DNA of 64,000 bases from an uncultured Thermoanaerobaculia bacterium (GTDB taxonomy: Bacteria > Acidobacteriota > Thermoanaerobaculia > Thermoanaerobaculales > Thermoanaerobaculaceae), in contig CAZAUJ010000001.1 in the NCBI GenBank assembly GCA_964488355.1, positions 152,454-216,453 of the forward strand, written 5' to 3'. The notes below the pieces were generated by a model, which did no database searches, had not been told where the DNA came from, and saw only the letters and a program-made list of their open reading frames with translations. How positions within the stretch are numbered: position 1 is the first letter of the stretch; every line of letters starts with the position of its first letter. The position numbers and the translations under genes are program-made. Positions 8,538 to 18,764 of the stretch are shown here, piece by piece.

Positions 8538-9740
8538 ATGGGAGAGCAGCAGAGGGTGGGTCTCGTGAGGCGTTTTCCCCGTGGAGCGAGGTTGGGCCTA
8601 CTTTTCGCCCTCTGCGGGTGCCAGGACCAGGGCGCCGAGCCAGGTCTTGTCCTGCTCACCTCGCTGCCCGCTAACGGAGTCGAAGCCTTGTACCGCGAGG
8701 TGGTAGATGCCTCCGAGCCGCTGGCGCCCGTGCCTGTGGAGGTTCGCTCGGTCCCTCCTCGGGTGCTGCAGGAAATGGTGGTGGCCTTCAATCCCCAGCA
8801 GGGTCCCAGCCAGTGGGACCTGGCCTTGGTCCCCAGCACCTGGCTGGAACAGCTGGAGCGGCAGCAGGCCATTCGTGAGGTGCCCCTCCACCACTGGCAC
8901 AACCTGCAAGGCAGCCTCTCGCCATTGGCTTTGCTCGCGGTGAGCCGCGCTGGTAAGGCGCTCGCCTACCCGTTGACGGCCGAGGTGCCCATCTTTTTTT
9001 ACAATCCCCGTTTTTTCCCCCACTTGCCCACCTCGCTGGCCGCGGTGGCGCGCCAGGATCTGCCGCCCGGAACCTTACCTTTGGCTTTGGACCTTAATGA
9101 TCTGGGCTTGACCATCTCTTTGCTGGCATCGGCCCTCAAAACCGAGGGCCTTGTCGACCCAGGGGACGTGGCGCGGGCGTGGGAGCACTTCGCCGCCGTG
9201 GTGGGCACCGCTTTCGTTGAGGCGGAGGCGTGGAGCCTGTGGGTAGCCCCGGGGAATCTCTCACCGCAGGTCCAGCTATTTGCCGAAGGCAAGCTCGCTG
9301 CCTTTGCTGGGGAGCTTTGGGCCCTGGCGATGCTGCAAAAGCTGCAGGTGCCCTTCGCCACCGCTTCCTTGCCGCCTGTGTGCGAAGACTGCCCGTCCCC
9401 CCGGCCATGGGCAAAGGTGAGCAGCTTGGTGGTAAGCGCTTCCTGCCCCTATCCCGACCTGGCTCAGGCCCTGGCCTTGGAGCTGGCCAGCTCGCCGCGC
9501 AATGTCACGCTGAACCGCCTATTGGGCACGTTGCCGGTTCTGGGCGGCGAAGCAACGGCAAGCACGCTGGCCGAAAACCCGGAACTGCTGGGTCCGCTGC
9601 AGGCCCTCGCCGGGGCGCGGCTGGCGCCGGAGGAGCGGGAGGGAAGAGCCTTGAGCGAAGCATGGGAACGTCAGCTGCTGGCGCTGGCGGGGAGTACCGC
9701 TCTCATGGGAGGCGCGCCCATTCGGAGGGCCAGGCCGTGA
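8538..9740 (+). CDS. Lipoprotein with periplasmic solute-binding-protein (MalE-like, type 1 SBP) fold
   Basis: Lipobox LLFALCGCQ after a basic N-terminus. The 400-aa length and segments such as YPLTAEVPIFFYNPRFF and WSLWVAPGN resemble extracellular solute-binding proteins. The family call is from pattern memory, not a search. Confidence 0.65.
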   Translation: MGEQQRVGLVRRFPRGARLGLLFALCGCQDQGAEPGLVLLTSLPANGVEALYREVVDASEPLAPVPVEVRSVPPRVLQEMVVAFNPQQGPSQWDLALVPSTWLEQLERQQAIREVPLHHWHNLQGSLSPLALLAVSRAGKALAYPLTAEVPIFFYNPRFFPHLPTSLAAVARQDLPPGTLPLALDLNDLGLTISLLASALKTEGLVDPGDVARAWEHFAAVVGTAFVEAEAWSLWVAPGNLSPQVQLFAEGKLAAFAGELWALAMLQKLQVPFATASLPPVCEDCPSPRPWAKVSSLVVSASCPYPDLAQALALELASSPRNVTLNRLLGTLPVLGGEATASTLAENPELLGPLQALAGARLAPEEREGRALSEAWERQLLALAGSTALMGGAPIRRARP

Positions 9741-11392
9741 GAGCTTTTTGGCGAACCTCCCTCCGTCACCAGCTCACCCTCTCTCACGTGTTCATGGCTT
9801 TCTTCCTGTCGTTGGCGTTGGGGGCCGTGTCGGTGGTGGTGGTTTGGCGACAAAGTAGGGCGCGAGAGCAGGAACTGCTCCAGCGCGCCGGGGAGTTAGC
9901 CAGCGAGCACTTTCTGGCACAGATGCGCCGCCTGGAAGAGACCCGGGACGGCCTGTACCGGGAGTTGGCCCGGCGACCGCTGCGAGGTTACCTGCCTGAG
10001 GTGGTTTTCCTGCACGGCGTTCTCAGCTACACGGATATGGACCGCCTCGAGGTCTTCTCCGGCTTGCAACCGGTCGTCCATGCCTTTGCTTCAACGCTGG
10101 GGGCCGATCCGTCGCTGGCCACTCGCTGGTATCCCGAAAGCCCCCAGGTGGCGGCTTTCCTGCAGGACGGGCGGCCCGTAACCTGGTCTCAACGAGGCCA
10201 AGGCGATTTGGTAGCGCTCAAAACCGCGCGAAAGCTTCCCGGCCGGCGGGGCGGTGAGGAGCTGGTCCTGGTGGTCACCCTGGCCTTCCGACCTTCCTGG
10301 TTGGCCGGCGTTTTGCCACGAGGGGTGACGGCTCGCATGCTCCTGGACGGCGAACCGGTGGCTTTTTGGCCTCCTTCCAACGAAAGCTCCAACCCACCCT
10401 GGCCCGTTTCGCGGCACCGCCAAAGCTTGGCCCGACTGGACGATGACCGCACGCTCGCACTGGAGTTGGCCGCCAGCCCCCAGTCCCTTCTCCGAGCCCT
10501 CGGCCCTGCCCTGCGCGGCGGCGTGCTGGTTTCCCTCGTTGCCCTGGCCCTCGCCCTCCTCCTGGGCCGGGGCCTGGCCGCCCGCATCTTGGCGCCTTTG
10601 GACGACTTGCTGGAGGGTACGGCCGCCATGGCCCGAGGACACCTTTCCGTGCGGCTGCCGGTGCGGCGCGAAGACGAGCTGGGTCAGCTCACCCGGGAGT
10701 TCAACCGCATGGCCGACGAGGTACGCACCACCTACCTGGGGGTCATCGCCACGCTGGCCGAGGTGGTGGAAGCCAAATCCCAGTACACCCGAGAGCACAT
10801 TGAACGGGTGGAGCGCCTGGCCATGGCGACCGCCCAGGTACTGGCGGAGCGGGGGTGGGCCAAATGGTCTTCCCACCAAAAGTTCATTCTTTCCGTGGCC
10901 GCCATTCTCCACGACGTGGGCAAGATCGCCATCGGCAACGACATCCTCAACAAGCCCGGCCCTCTCGACACGTGGGAACGTCACGAGATCCTTTCCCACC
11001 CGGAGGTGGGTGCGACCATCGTCCAGCGCATGGGCAAGCTGGACCGGGCGGCCGAGATCATCCGTGCGTGCCACGAGCATTACGATGGCAGCGGGTATCC
11101 CCGCGGCCTTAAGGGGGAAGAAATTCCTCTGGAGGCGAGGATCATTTTGGCGGTGGACGCCTACGATGCCATGACCCAGGTGCGGCCCTATTCCAAGGCG
11201 CGCCCGGTGGAGGAAGCACTGGCCGAGCTGCGCGCCGAGGCGGGCAAGCAGTTTGACCCGGTGGTAGTGGAAGCGCTTATCGAGGCAGTTTCCCGGCTGG
11301 AACGCGGACAGGCACCACCGACCGATAGCTCCTCAGGTCTCTATCAAGCGCTGGCCACCGACTCGGGTGAAACCTCCCGCCTATCGTTCTAA
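9737..11392 (+). CDS. Membrane-bound HAMP-domain HD-GYP phosphodiesterase (c-di-GMP signalling)
   Basis: The track ORF 9230..11392 is over-extended. GTG at 9737 overlaps the upstream TGA (GTGA). N-terminal TM segment, about 250-aa extracytoplasmic region, second TM segment, then HAMP (ILAPLDDLLEGTAAMARGHLSVRLP..EDELGQLTREFNRMADEV). HD-GYP motifs are HDVGKIAI and HEHYDGSGYPRGL. Confidence 0.88.
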   Translation: MRAFWRTSLRHQLTLSHVFMAFFLSLALGAVSVVVVWRQSRAREQELLQRAGELASEHFLAQMRRLEETRDGLYRELARRPLRGYLPEVVFLHGVLSYTDMDRLEVFSGLQPVVHAFASTLGADPSLATRWYPESPQVAAFLQDGRPVTWSQRGQGDLVALKTARKLPGRRGGEELVLVVTLAFRPSWLAGVLPRGVTARMLLDGEPVAFWPPSNESSNPPWPVSRHRQSLARLDDDRTLALELAASPQSLLRALGPALRGGVLVSLVALALALLLGRGLAARILAPLDDLLEGTAAMARGHLSVRLPVRREDELGQLTREFNRMADEVRTTYLGVIATLAEVVEAKSQYTREHIERVERLAMATAQVLAERGWAKWSSHQKFILSVAAILHDVGKIAIGNDILNKPGPLDTWERHEILSHPEVGATIVQRMGKLDRAAEIIRACHEHYDGSGYPRGLKGEEIPLEARIILAVDAYDAMTQVRPYSKARPVEEALAELRAEAGKQFDPVVVEALIEAVSRLERGQAPPTDSSSGLYQALATDSGETSRLSF

Positions 11393-12747
11393 CTTTCTTT
11401 GGCCACACGGCCGATGACCGCCAAGACTTGCCTTCTACCTTCCACCAGCATGGCCTCGTCCCTCGCCTCCAACACCAGGCGAAGAAGGGGCTCGGTATTA
11501 GAGGGCCGCACGTTGAACCACCAGTCGGAAAACTCCACCGTGATGCCGTCCAAAAAATCCACTCGGCCGGAGGCGAACTGGTTGGCGAGGGCCTCGATCA
11601 CCTCCTGTTTGTTGACCAGGTGGAAGTTAATCTCGCCGGTGCGGGCATAACGGCGAAAGGGAGCAACCAGCTGCGAGAGAGGTTGTCCCTCCGCCCGCAG
11701 CAGGTTGAGCAGCTCCACCAGCGTGATGATGGCCGAATCGGCGTAAAAGTTTTCCCGGTAGTAAAAGTGGCCGGCTAGCTCCCCACCGAAGGGACTCTGC
11801 AGCTTACGCATGGTGGCTTTGATGAACGAGTGGCCTACCCGCTCGCGCACCGGAACCCCGCCCGCAGCCAAAATGGCCTCCCGCGTTGCCCAGGAGGAGC
11901 GCACATCGTACACGATGCTCGCGCCGGGAAAGCGTTGGAGCATGGGTTTGGCCAACAGAGCCGTTAGCAAATCGGCACCGATGGTTCTCCCCTGCTCGTC
12001 CACGAAAATGGCACGGTCCGCGTCGCCGTCGAAGGCCACCCCAAAGGCACACCCTGCCTCCACCACCGCCCGCTGCAGGTCGTGCAGGTTTTCCTCTTTG
12101 AGGGGGTTGGCCTCGTGGTTGGGAAAAGTGCCGTCCAAGCCAAAGAACAACGGCACCAACTCGATATTGAGCTCGTGAAGGAGGGGTTCGTAGAGCGTGG
12201 CCATGCCGTTGGCCACGTCCACGGCAACCTTCAACCGGCCCTCGGACGAGCGCAAAAAGCCCAGCACGTGCTGGCGGTAGGCCGGCCAGATCTCGCGCCT
12301 TTCCAAGCCCCCCAGGGGTTGAGCAGGTGGGGCTTGCTCAAGGCGCACCAGGCTCTCCAGACGGCCAATGCCCGTTTCCCAGCTCACCGGAATCGCGTGT
12401 CGGCGGGAAAACTTGAAGCCGTTGTATTTGGCTGGGTTGTGGGAAGCCGTGACTTGTACCCCCGCACTGGCTTGCAGGTACCCCACCGCAAAGTAGTTCA
12501 TGGGCGTGGTGGCCAGCCCCAGGTCCCAGACGGCAAAGCCGGCAGTGCGTAAGCCCGCGGCACAGGCTTCCGCGAGGCTAGGGGAGCTGGCGCGCATATC
12601 TCGGCTCAAAACCACCGCCCGCACCGAAGCGGTATCCTCTGGCTCAAGAATGCGCGGGAAAAAATACCCGATGGAAAAAGCCAGCTGCTCGTTCAGCTCC
12701 TCGGGAACAACGCCACGAACGTCGTAGGCCTTGAAAATTCCAGCCAT
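11389..12747 (-). CDS. Phosphomannomutase/phosphoglucomutase
   Basis: Catalytic-Ser loop TASHNPAKYNGFK and Mg-binding FDGDADR. The preferred start MAGIFKAYDVRG at 12747 is preceded by GGAGGG; the track start is 12765. Confidence 0.92.
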   Translation of the reverse strand: MAGIFKAYDVRGVVPEELNEQLAFSIGYFFPRILEPEDTASVRAVVLSRDMRASSPSLAEACAAGLRTAGFAVWDLGLATTPMNYFAVGYLQASAGVQVTASHNPAKYNGFKFSRRHAIPVSWETGIGRLESLVRLEQAPPAQPLGGLERREIWPAYRQHVLGFLRSSEGRLKVAVDVANGMATLYEPLLHELNIELVPLFFGLDGTFPNHEANPLKEENLHDLQRAVVEAGCAFGVAFDGDADRAIFVDEQGRTIGADLLTALLAKPMLQRFPGASIVYDVRSSWATREAILAAGGVPVRERVGHSFIKATMRKLQSPFGGELAGHFYYRENFYADSAIITLVELLNLLRAEGQPLSQLVAPFRRYARTGEINFHLVNKQEVIEALANQFASGRVDFLDGITVEFSDWWFNVRPSNTEPLLRLVLEARDEAMLVEGRRQVLAVIGRVAKES

Positions 12748-12800
12748 TATGCCCTCCGCTGGCAAGTTTACCCGCAGGTGCAGCAGAGGACCAATGGCTA

Positions 12801-13757
12801 GTGATGTCCACCGCCGGCTTGGGGGACAACCCTCTGTCGGCCCAGGCCTATAATCCGGGCATGGAGCTGGCCTCCCCTTGGCCGAAATGGGCCTTCGTCA
12901 ATGGGCAGCTGCTCCCTTACGAGCAGGCTCGCCTCCCCTTGGAAGAGCGCGGTCTGCAGTTTGGCGAAAGCCTTTACGAGGTGGTGGCCGTGGTGCAAGG
13001 TCAGCCCTTCCGCCTGGCGGACCACGTGGAACGCATGCAGCGGGGCGCTTGCGAGCTGGGCTTGTCTTCCGGGGTACCGCCCCTGACCCACTGGGAGCAC
13101 ATGGTGCGTGAGCTCTGGAAGCGGGAGGAGCTTGCCGAGGCCATCCTCTACGCCCAGCTCACCGGTGGCACTGCCCCGCGGGAGCACCTGCCCACCGGCC
13201 TCACCAACCCCACTTTCTTCGCTTACCTTAGGAGCTTTTCCTTTCCCACTCCCAGCCAATGCGCCCAGGGGGTGGCGGCTATTACCGTTCCCGAAACCCG
13301 CTGGGCACGTCGCGACATTAAGACTACCATGCTGCTGCCAGCGGTGCTGGCGAAAAGGCAAGCCCAGAAAGAAAACGCTGCTGAAGCCATTTTTGTCGGC
13401 CAAGACGGCTACGTGAACGAGGGTGCCTCCAGCAACGTGTGCGTCATCCGCCAGGGAGAGGTGGCAAGCCCCCCACCAGGCGAGCGCCTGCTGGAAGGGG
13501 TCACGTTGAACGTGGTGGTGGAGCTTTGCCGGGAGCTGGGGATACCCTTCTCTCGACGCTGGGTCTCCCTTTCCGACCTGAAGGGCGCCGACGAGGTGCT
13601 GATCGGCTCCACCACCACCCTGCTCATGCCCGTGGTGTCCCTGGATGGTCGGCCCGTGGGCAGCGGGCAGCCTGGCCCCATTGGTCTGCGCCTGGCCTAC
13701 CACTTCCAGCGCCTCTTTCGCCCAGCCCTGGGCCCGGAGGAACCTCAGCCCTTTTAG
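12801..13757 (+). CDS. Class IV (fold type IV) aminotransferase, branched-chain or D-amino-acid type
   Basis: Motifs [30 protein letters not shown] and NEGASSNV, plus the GITL-like LEGVTLNVV. The start is uncertain: GTG 12801 or ATG 12861. Confidence 0.85.
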   Translation: MMSTAGLGDNPLSAQAYNPGMELASPWPKWAFVNGQLLPYEQARLPLEERGLQFGESLYEVVAVVQGQPFRLADHVERMQRGACELGLSSGVPPLTHWEHMVRELWKREELAEAILYAQLTGGTAPREHLPTGLTNPTFFAYLRSFSFPTPSQCAQGVAAITVPETRWARRDIKTTMLLPAVLAKRQAQKENAAEAIFVGQDGYVNEGASSNVCVIRQGEVASPPPGERLLEGVTLNVVVELCRELGIPFSRRWVSLSDLKGADEVLIGSTTTLLMPVVSLDGRPVGSGQPGPIGLRLAYHFQRLFRPALGPEEPQPF

Positions 13758-14494
13758 CTGACCAGACCGCCGTCCACCCGGATCACGGCGCCGGTGATGT
13801 AGCTGGCCTGCGGGGAAAGCAGGAAACGCACCAGACTGGCCACCTCCTCCGGCTCGCCAAAGCGGCCTAAAGGAACGGCCGCCATAGCCTGCTGGCGCCG
13901 CTTGGGTGACAAGGAGCTGGTCAAATCGGTGCGTATCCAGCCAGGGACCACTGCGTTGACCGTGATGCCGTACCGCCCCACTTCTCGGGCCAAAGCCTTG
14001 GTGAAGGCAATAAGCCCTCCCTTGGCCGCCGAGTAGTTCGTTTGCCCGTGCTGGCCCAGAAGGCCGGATAAGGAAGCGATGTTGACGATGCGGCCCTGGC
14101 CCAAATGGAGCATCGGGCGAAGGCAACCCCGGGTGAGGCGGTAGGCGCCGGTCAGTACCGTGTCCACAACCTTCTGCCAGCGCTCCTCGTCCATCAGCAA
14201 CAGGTGCCCGTCCGCCAGCACCGCCGCGTTGTTGACCACCGCGTAAAGGCGTGGGGGCAGCTGGCCGAGGAACGCTTCCACGGCGTTGCGGTCGGCGAGG
14301 TCGCATTGGTGGGCGGTGACCAGCCAGCCCTGTTGGTGGGCTTGGGCCATCACCTCCTCCGCCTTCTCGCGGTTCTGTCGGTAAAGAAAGGCCACCCCGT
14401 AGCCTGCCCGCGCCAGCTCCAGCACGATGGCTCGACCGATGCCCCGAGAGCCACCGGAAACCACAACCCATCGCGTCGAGTCCGACTCGGACAC
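13754..14494 (-). CDS. fabG: Short-chain dehydrogenase/reductase, FabG-like 3-oxoacyl-ACP reductase
   Basis: Cofactor motif [15 protein letters not shown], catalytic YSAAK and PGWIRTD. 246 aa. The specific substrate cannot be inferred. Confidence 0.85.
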   Translation of the reverse strand: MSESDSTRWVVVSGGSRGIGRAIVLELARAGYGVAFLYRQNREKAEEVMAQAHQQGWLVTAHQCDLADRNAVEAFLGQLPPRLYAVVNNAAVLADGHLLLMDEERWQKVVDTVLTGAYRLTRGCLRPMLHLGQGRIVNIASLSGLLGQHGQTNYSAAKGGLIAFTKALAREVGRYGITVNAVVPGWIRTDLTSSLSPKRRQQAMAAVPLGRFGEPEEVASLVRFLLSPQASYITGAVIRVDGGLVS

Positions 14495-14543
14495 GGATGG
14501 CTATGGTACACGAGCCACTTCACTTTCCCAAGCGGCTGGCCAG

Positions 14544-15287
14544 CTACGCAAGAGGCGGCAAGACCTGGAGGCCGTCCGCGTGGGATCGGAAAAAGGCTGG
14601 CCCCGGGTCCCTACGTCGCAACCGCTCGTCGACCTTGAAGGGTACGGCGGAAAAGACGATGTGCACGGTATCAGCCACCGGCCGGAAGTGGGAGGTCTGC
14701 CCGTTGTAAATTACCCGCACGGGCACGTGGGCAAAGCGCGCGCGTAGGCGACCGGCACGCACCAGGATTTCCGTGTCCACCGAGTAGCGGCGGCCCACCA
14801 GCTCCATTTGGCGCAGCAGCGAGCTCCGCACCAGGCGAAAGCCACATTGGGAGTCCTCCAGGGGAAAGCCGGTCATCAAGCTGAGCGCTCGTGTGCCTAT
14901 GTAGTTGGTCCAGAACCGCTTGGCCGGTATGGACGCGGGCTGGTGAAGGCGGTTGCCCACCACCAGCTCGTGCTCCTCCGCCAAGGCCAAAAAACCGGGG
15001 ATATCCGCGGGGTCGTGTTGCCCGTCCGCGTCAAGCATGAGGATGTGGCTCCACTCGCCGGCCAAAAGCCAAGGCAGCCCAGCCCTCACTGCCCCACCCT
15101 TGCCCCGGTTATCCTCCAGCCGCAGCACGAAAGCTCCAGCCTGGCGCGCCTTAAGGGTGGTCTCGTCGTTGGAGCCATCGTCCACCACAAGTACCTGAGC
15201 CACATGTTGCAGGGTGCCCACCACCACTGCCCCAACCGAACGAGCACAGTTGTACGCGGGAATCAGCGCGGCGATTTTGACGATCAC
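14544..15287 (-). CDS. Family 2 glycosyltransferase (polyprenol-phosphate sugar transferase-like)
   Basis: IPAYNCARSVGAVV, VVDDGSND and LDADGQHD (DxD) motifs. Confidence 0.88.
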   Translation of the reverse strand: MIVKIAALIPAYNCARSVGAVVVGTLQHVAQVLVVDDGSNDETTLKARQAGAFVLRLEDNRGKGGAVRAGLPWLLAGEWSHILMLDADGQHDPADIPGFLALAEEHELVVGNRLHQPASIPAKRFWTNYIGTRALSLMTGFPLEDSQCGFRLVRSSLLRQMELVGRRYSVDTEILVRAGRLRARFAHVPVRVIYNGQTSHFRPVADTVHIVFSAVPFKVDERLRRRDPGPAFFRSHADGLQVLPPLA

Positions 15288-16456
15288 CCTGATAGCTTAG
15301 CAGGGACCGCCCCTTGATTCTTCAGCCGATAAGGGCCCTCAACGATGGGGTAGAGGCAAAACTGGCAGCGCAACGGACCGTTGTACAGGGTGTGCTTGCG
15401 CCTAGGTTTCAAGCCTATTTCCCTTGCCAGCTCGCGGTTGCCCAGGAGCAGCCACACCTCGCAACCCCAGGCTTTGGCTTTGAGCTGGTCCCCAAAAGCC
15501 CGATACAGCGCCCGCAGCTGTCCCTCCTGGCCTAGGCGAACCCCGTACGGGGGGTTTGAAATGATGAGCGTGCCCGCGGCTTGCGGGGGAAGACGACGGA
15601 TATCCATGTGCTGTAGGGTTACCGCCTCGGACACCCGCGCCGCCCGCAGGGCGCCACGGGCGGCCGCCAAGGCGCGCGCATCCACGTCGAAGCCCACCAC
15701 TTGGCTCCTCAAGGGCTTTGTGGCGCCTTCAGCCTCCTGTAACAGGCGCTCAAGGTGGGAGCGGTCAACAAAGGGCCACCGCTGAAAGGCAAAGCGGTGG
15801 CGCGCGCTGGGGGGCCGGCCACAGGCTATTAACACCGCCTCGACAAGGATAGTGGCCGAGCCACACATGGGGTCCAAGAGGGGCCGGTTGCCGTCGTAGC
15901 CGGCGAGCAGCAACAGGCCGGCGGCAAGGGTTTCCGAAAGGGGGGCCGGTGCCTCCTTTTGGCGGTAGCCGCGGTGCGCCAAGGTCTCCCCCGAGGTGTC
16001 CAAGCACAAGGAGGCTGTCCCGGACTCCAAGTGAAGCATCACCCGCAGGTAAGGGTCATCCAAGTCCACCGATGGGCGCGAGCCGCGACGGGCGCGCAGC
16101 CGGTCGACGATCGCGTCCTTGACCACCAGTTCGGCAAAGTGGGTGTTGGCAAAGGCCGGGTGCCGGCCCGAAGCCTTGACCGCCAGCGTGCCTTCCACCG
16201 GAAGGATGTCTTCCCACGGTTGGGAAAAGGCCAGCTGGTAGAGGTCCTGACGGTTGCCACAGGTGCCCCGGGCCAGCTCCACCAACACCCGGTGGGCGGT
16301 TCGCAGCCAGAGGTTGGCCCGTGCCACATCCTCCCAGCTGCCGGAAAAGGCCACAGCCCCCCTTTGCGGGGTAGGCGGCAAACCCAAAGCGGCAAGCTCC
16401 TGGGCGAGCACCGCTTCCAGCCCTTTGGAACAGGTGGCCAGGCACGCCAAGGTCAC
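15284..16456 (-). CDS. THUMP-domain class I SAM-dependent RNA methyltransferase (RlmL/UPF0020-like)
   Basis: 390 aa. N-terminal THUMP-like region, DPMCGSATILVEA (SAM binding) and ISNPPYG (NPPY catalytic motif). GTG start. Confidence 0.85.
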   Translation of the reverse strand: MTLACLATCSKGLEAVLAQELAALGLPPTPQRGAVAFSGSWEDVARANLWLRTAHRVLVELARGTCGNRQDLYQLAFSQPWEDILPVEGTLAVKASGRHPAFANTHFAELVVKDAIVDRLRARRGSRPSVDLDDPYLRVMLHLESGTASLCLDTSGETLAHRGYRQKEAPAPLSETLAAGLLLLAGYDGNRPLLDPMCGSATILVEAVLIACGRPPSARHRFAFQRWPFVDRSHLERLLQEAEGATKPLRSQVVGFDVDARALAAARGALRAARVSEAVTLQHMDIRRLPPQAAGTLIISNPPYGVRLGQEGQLRALYRAFGDQLKAKAWGCEVWLLLGNRELAREIGLKPRRKHTLYNGPLRCQFCLYPIVEGPYRLKNQGAVPAKLSG

Positions 16457-16608
16457 GGTGACATTGTGCCATTTCGAGCCACCGTCCCTTCAAAGTTGCG
16501 ACCAGGTTTCCGGATGACGAAACCATGGCATTTTGTACACGTAATTTTTACCACAAGCTCTTTACACTTCGCCTTGGGGAACCGATTATGGCCGCAAGAG
16601 GAGGTGGC

Positions 16609-17862
16609 ATGAATACCCTCTTCGCCCTGGGCACCACCCACCGCACCGGCAACTTGGAAGAGGTCGCTCACGCGAGGATACCCGATGGCTTAGTCCCCCA
16701 GGTCCTTCCCATTTTGCTGGAAAAGCTTCATCTTTCCGAGCTGGTTTACCTCGCCACCTGTCACCGCACGGAGTTTTACCTGGTTTACGAGGGGGACCTC
16801 TGTCCTGGGCGTCTCGCCCGCGCCTTGGGCCAAGCCCTGGTGGAGCTCACGGATGGGAAAACGAGCCTTCCCGACCCCACCCATTGCCTGCTCTTGCAGG
16901 GCGCGCCGGTGGCCGAACACCTCTTTCGCGTGAGCGCCGCCTTGGACTCGCTGATGCTGGGCGAGAGCCAAATCCTTGGCCAGGTGAAGCAAGCTTTCCG
17001 GCAGGCAGCGGACCTGGGAACGGCCAAAGCCAAGCTGCACACACTTTTTAACCAGGCTTTCCGTGCGGCCAAACGCGTGCGCAGCGAAACCAAGCTGGCC
17101 GAGCGACCCACGTCCCTGGTGAGCTTGGCCGAGCGCCTGCTCCGCGCCCGCCTGGCCGCCGACCCCCGGCCAGTGGCGGTGGTGGGCGCGGGCGAAATGG
17201 CGGCCGCAGCCACCAGCCTCCTGCGCAAGGCGGACAAGGAGCGGCTGTTGGTGGTGTTCAACCGCTCGCAGCAGCGGGGACAGGCCCTTGCGCAGCAGGT
17301 GGGTGGGCACTGGCGGCCTTTGGAACTTTTGGCCCAGGCCGGGCCCGAGTTTTCCGTAGTGGTGCTGGCCACCAGCGCGGATGTGCCCATTCTCACCCCC
17401 GAGCAAGCGCAGGCCCTCGCGCCGGTCTTCGTGCTGGACTTGGGCTTGCCCGCCAATGCGAACCCCGCCTGTGGTCGCGTGGCCCAGGTAGAGCTGGTTG
17501 GCCAGGAGGACCTCCAGGCCGAGTCCCTGGCCAACCGGAAAGCGCGCGCGGCGGAAGTGGCACGGGCGGAAGCGATCCTCCGCGAGCAGTTGGAGGAGCT
17601 TTCGGTGGAGCTTTTGGAGCACACCCTTTCCCCCGTTGCCCGCTCGTTACGCCTGACCTTTTACCAGCTAGCGCGCCAGGAGCTGGCGGAGGCGTTCACC
17701 AACGGCCACGGCAGCCTGCCCCCTGAGTTTTTGCATCAGGTGGCTGAGCGCTTGGCCCAGCGCTTGCTGCGAGCCCCAATGAAGGGCTTGCGCCAGGTGG
17801 CCTTCCAGCACTCTCCGGAAATCCTCCGCACCTTCTGCGCGGCCTTGGAGCCAAAGCCGTGA
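16609..17862 (+). CDS. hemA: Glutamyl-tRNA reductase
   Basis: The start MNTLFALGTTHRT at 16609 is preceded by AGAGGAGG; the track start 16525 is over-extended. Active-site TCHRTEFY (TCNRxE variant) and NAD-binding VAVVGAGEMA. Confidence 0.92.
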   Translation: MNTLFALGTTHRTGNLEEVAHARIPDGLVPQVLPILLEKLHLSELVYLATCHRTEFYLVYEGDLCPGRLARALGQALVELTDGKTSLPDPTHCLLLQGAPVAEHLFRVSAALDSLMLGESQILGQVKQAFRQAADLGTAKAKLHTLFNQAFRAAKRVRSETKLAERPTSLVSLAERLLRARLAADPRPVAVVGAGEMAAAATSLLRKADKERLLVVFNRSQQRGQALAQQVGGHWRPLELLAQAGPEFSVVVLATSADVPILTPEQAQALAPVFVLDLGLPANANPACGRVAQVELVGQEDLQAESLANRKARAAEVARAEAILREQLEELSVELLEHTLSPVARSLRLTFYQLARQELAEAFTNGHGSLPPEFLHQVAERLAQRLLRAPMKGLRQVAFQHSPEILRTFCAALEPKP

Positions 17863-18764
17863 CTGGCGTGGTTCGCGTCGGAACTCGCGGATCAGAGCTC
17901 GCCCTCTGGCAAGCAAGAAAGGTGGCGGAAAGCCTCCAGCAGCGGCTGGGTCTCGCCTGCCAGCTGGTGACCATCCACACCACAGGGGACCGGGATCGGA
18001 GCCGCGCCCTCCACCAGGTGGGTGGCAGCGGTCTGTTTACCAAAGAGCTGCAAGCCGCCCTGCTGGCCGGCCAGGTGGACCTGGTGGTTCATTCCCTCAA
18101 GGACCTACCCACGGAGGAGCCACCCGGTGCGGCCCTGGCTGCGGTTTGTTTCCGCGAGGACCCCAGTGAGCTGCTGGTGGCCAGGCCCGAGGCGGTGGGC
18201 CCAGGCGGTTTAGGCCTCAAAGCCAACGCCGTGCTGGGCACCTCCTCCCTACGCCGGCGAGCCCAAGCGCTGGCGTTGCAGCCGGACCTGCAGGTGCGGG
18301 ATCTGCGCGGCAACGTACCCACCAGGGTGCGCAAGGTGTTGGCAGGAAAGTACGACGCCATCCTCCTGGCCTACGCGGGTGTGCACCGGCTTCAGCTAGA
18401 CCTGGGCGGATTGGTGGTCCGCCGGTTGCCCCTGGACCTGATGCTCCCCGCCCCCGCCCAGGGGGCTTTGGGCGTGGAGGTGCGAGCCGATGATCAGCTG
18501 ACCCGCAGCTTGGTATCCCATCTCCACGACCCGGAGCTGGCCAAGGAGGTTCAAGCGGAGCGGACCGTGCTGCTGGGTTTGGGTGGTGGCTGTCACCTGC
18601 CTTTGGCCGCTTACTGCCAAAGGAAAAACGGGGCCTATCACCTGCGGGCGGCCCTGGGTCTTTTAGACGAGCACCTTGGGCTGGTGCGTCTGCTCAAGGC
18701 CAAGGCCACCGCCTCATCCCCGCAGGAAGCCGCGGGGCAGGTCCTTAGGGAGCTCGGCTCATGA
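17859..18764 (+). CDS. hemC: Hydroxymethylbilane synthase (porphobilinogen deaminase)
   Basis: VRVGTRGSELALWQA, TTGD and GGCHLPLAAY (cofactor Cys). GTGA overlap with hemA. Confidence 0.95.
   Translation: MTGVVRVGTRGSELALWQARKVAESLQQRLGLACQLVTIHTTGDRDRSRALHQVGGSGLFTKELQAALLAGQVDLVVHSLKDLPTEEPPGAALAAVCFREDPSELLVARPEAVGPGGLGLKANAVLGTSSLRRRAQALALQPDLQVRDLRGNVPTRVRKVLAGKYDAILLAYAGVHRLQLDLGGLVVRRLPLDLMLPAPAQGALGVEVRADDQLTRSLVSHLHDPELAKEVQAERTVLLGLGGGCHLPLAAYCQRKNGAYHLRAALGLLDEHLGLVRLLKAKATASSPQEAAGQVLRELGS

Noticed and set aside
9230-9736. N-terminal extensions of track ORFs. These are 9230.. for HD-GYP, 18871.. for hemB, 21220.. for hemE, 21483.. for hemN, 25586..26479 for fur, 16525.. for hemA and 59598..59741 for rmuC.
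   Set aside because: The extensions overlap the preceding well-supported gene in another frame and have implausible composition. Canonical protein N-termini with Shine-Dalgarno sequences or ATGA/GTGA coupling are found at the internal starts I used.
16457-16608. Divergent promoter region between the THUMP methyltransferase and hemA, with an AT-richer patch TTGTACACGTAATTTTTACCACAAGCTCTTTACACT.
   Set aside because: I could not place -35/-10 hexamers with acceptable 16-19 nt spacing. It is likely to contain promoters, but no specific site is supportable.
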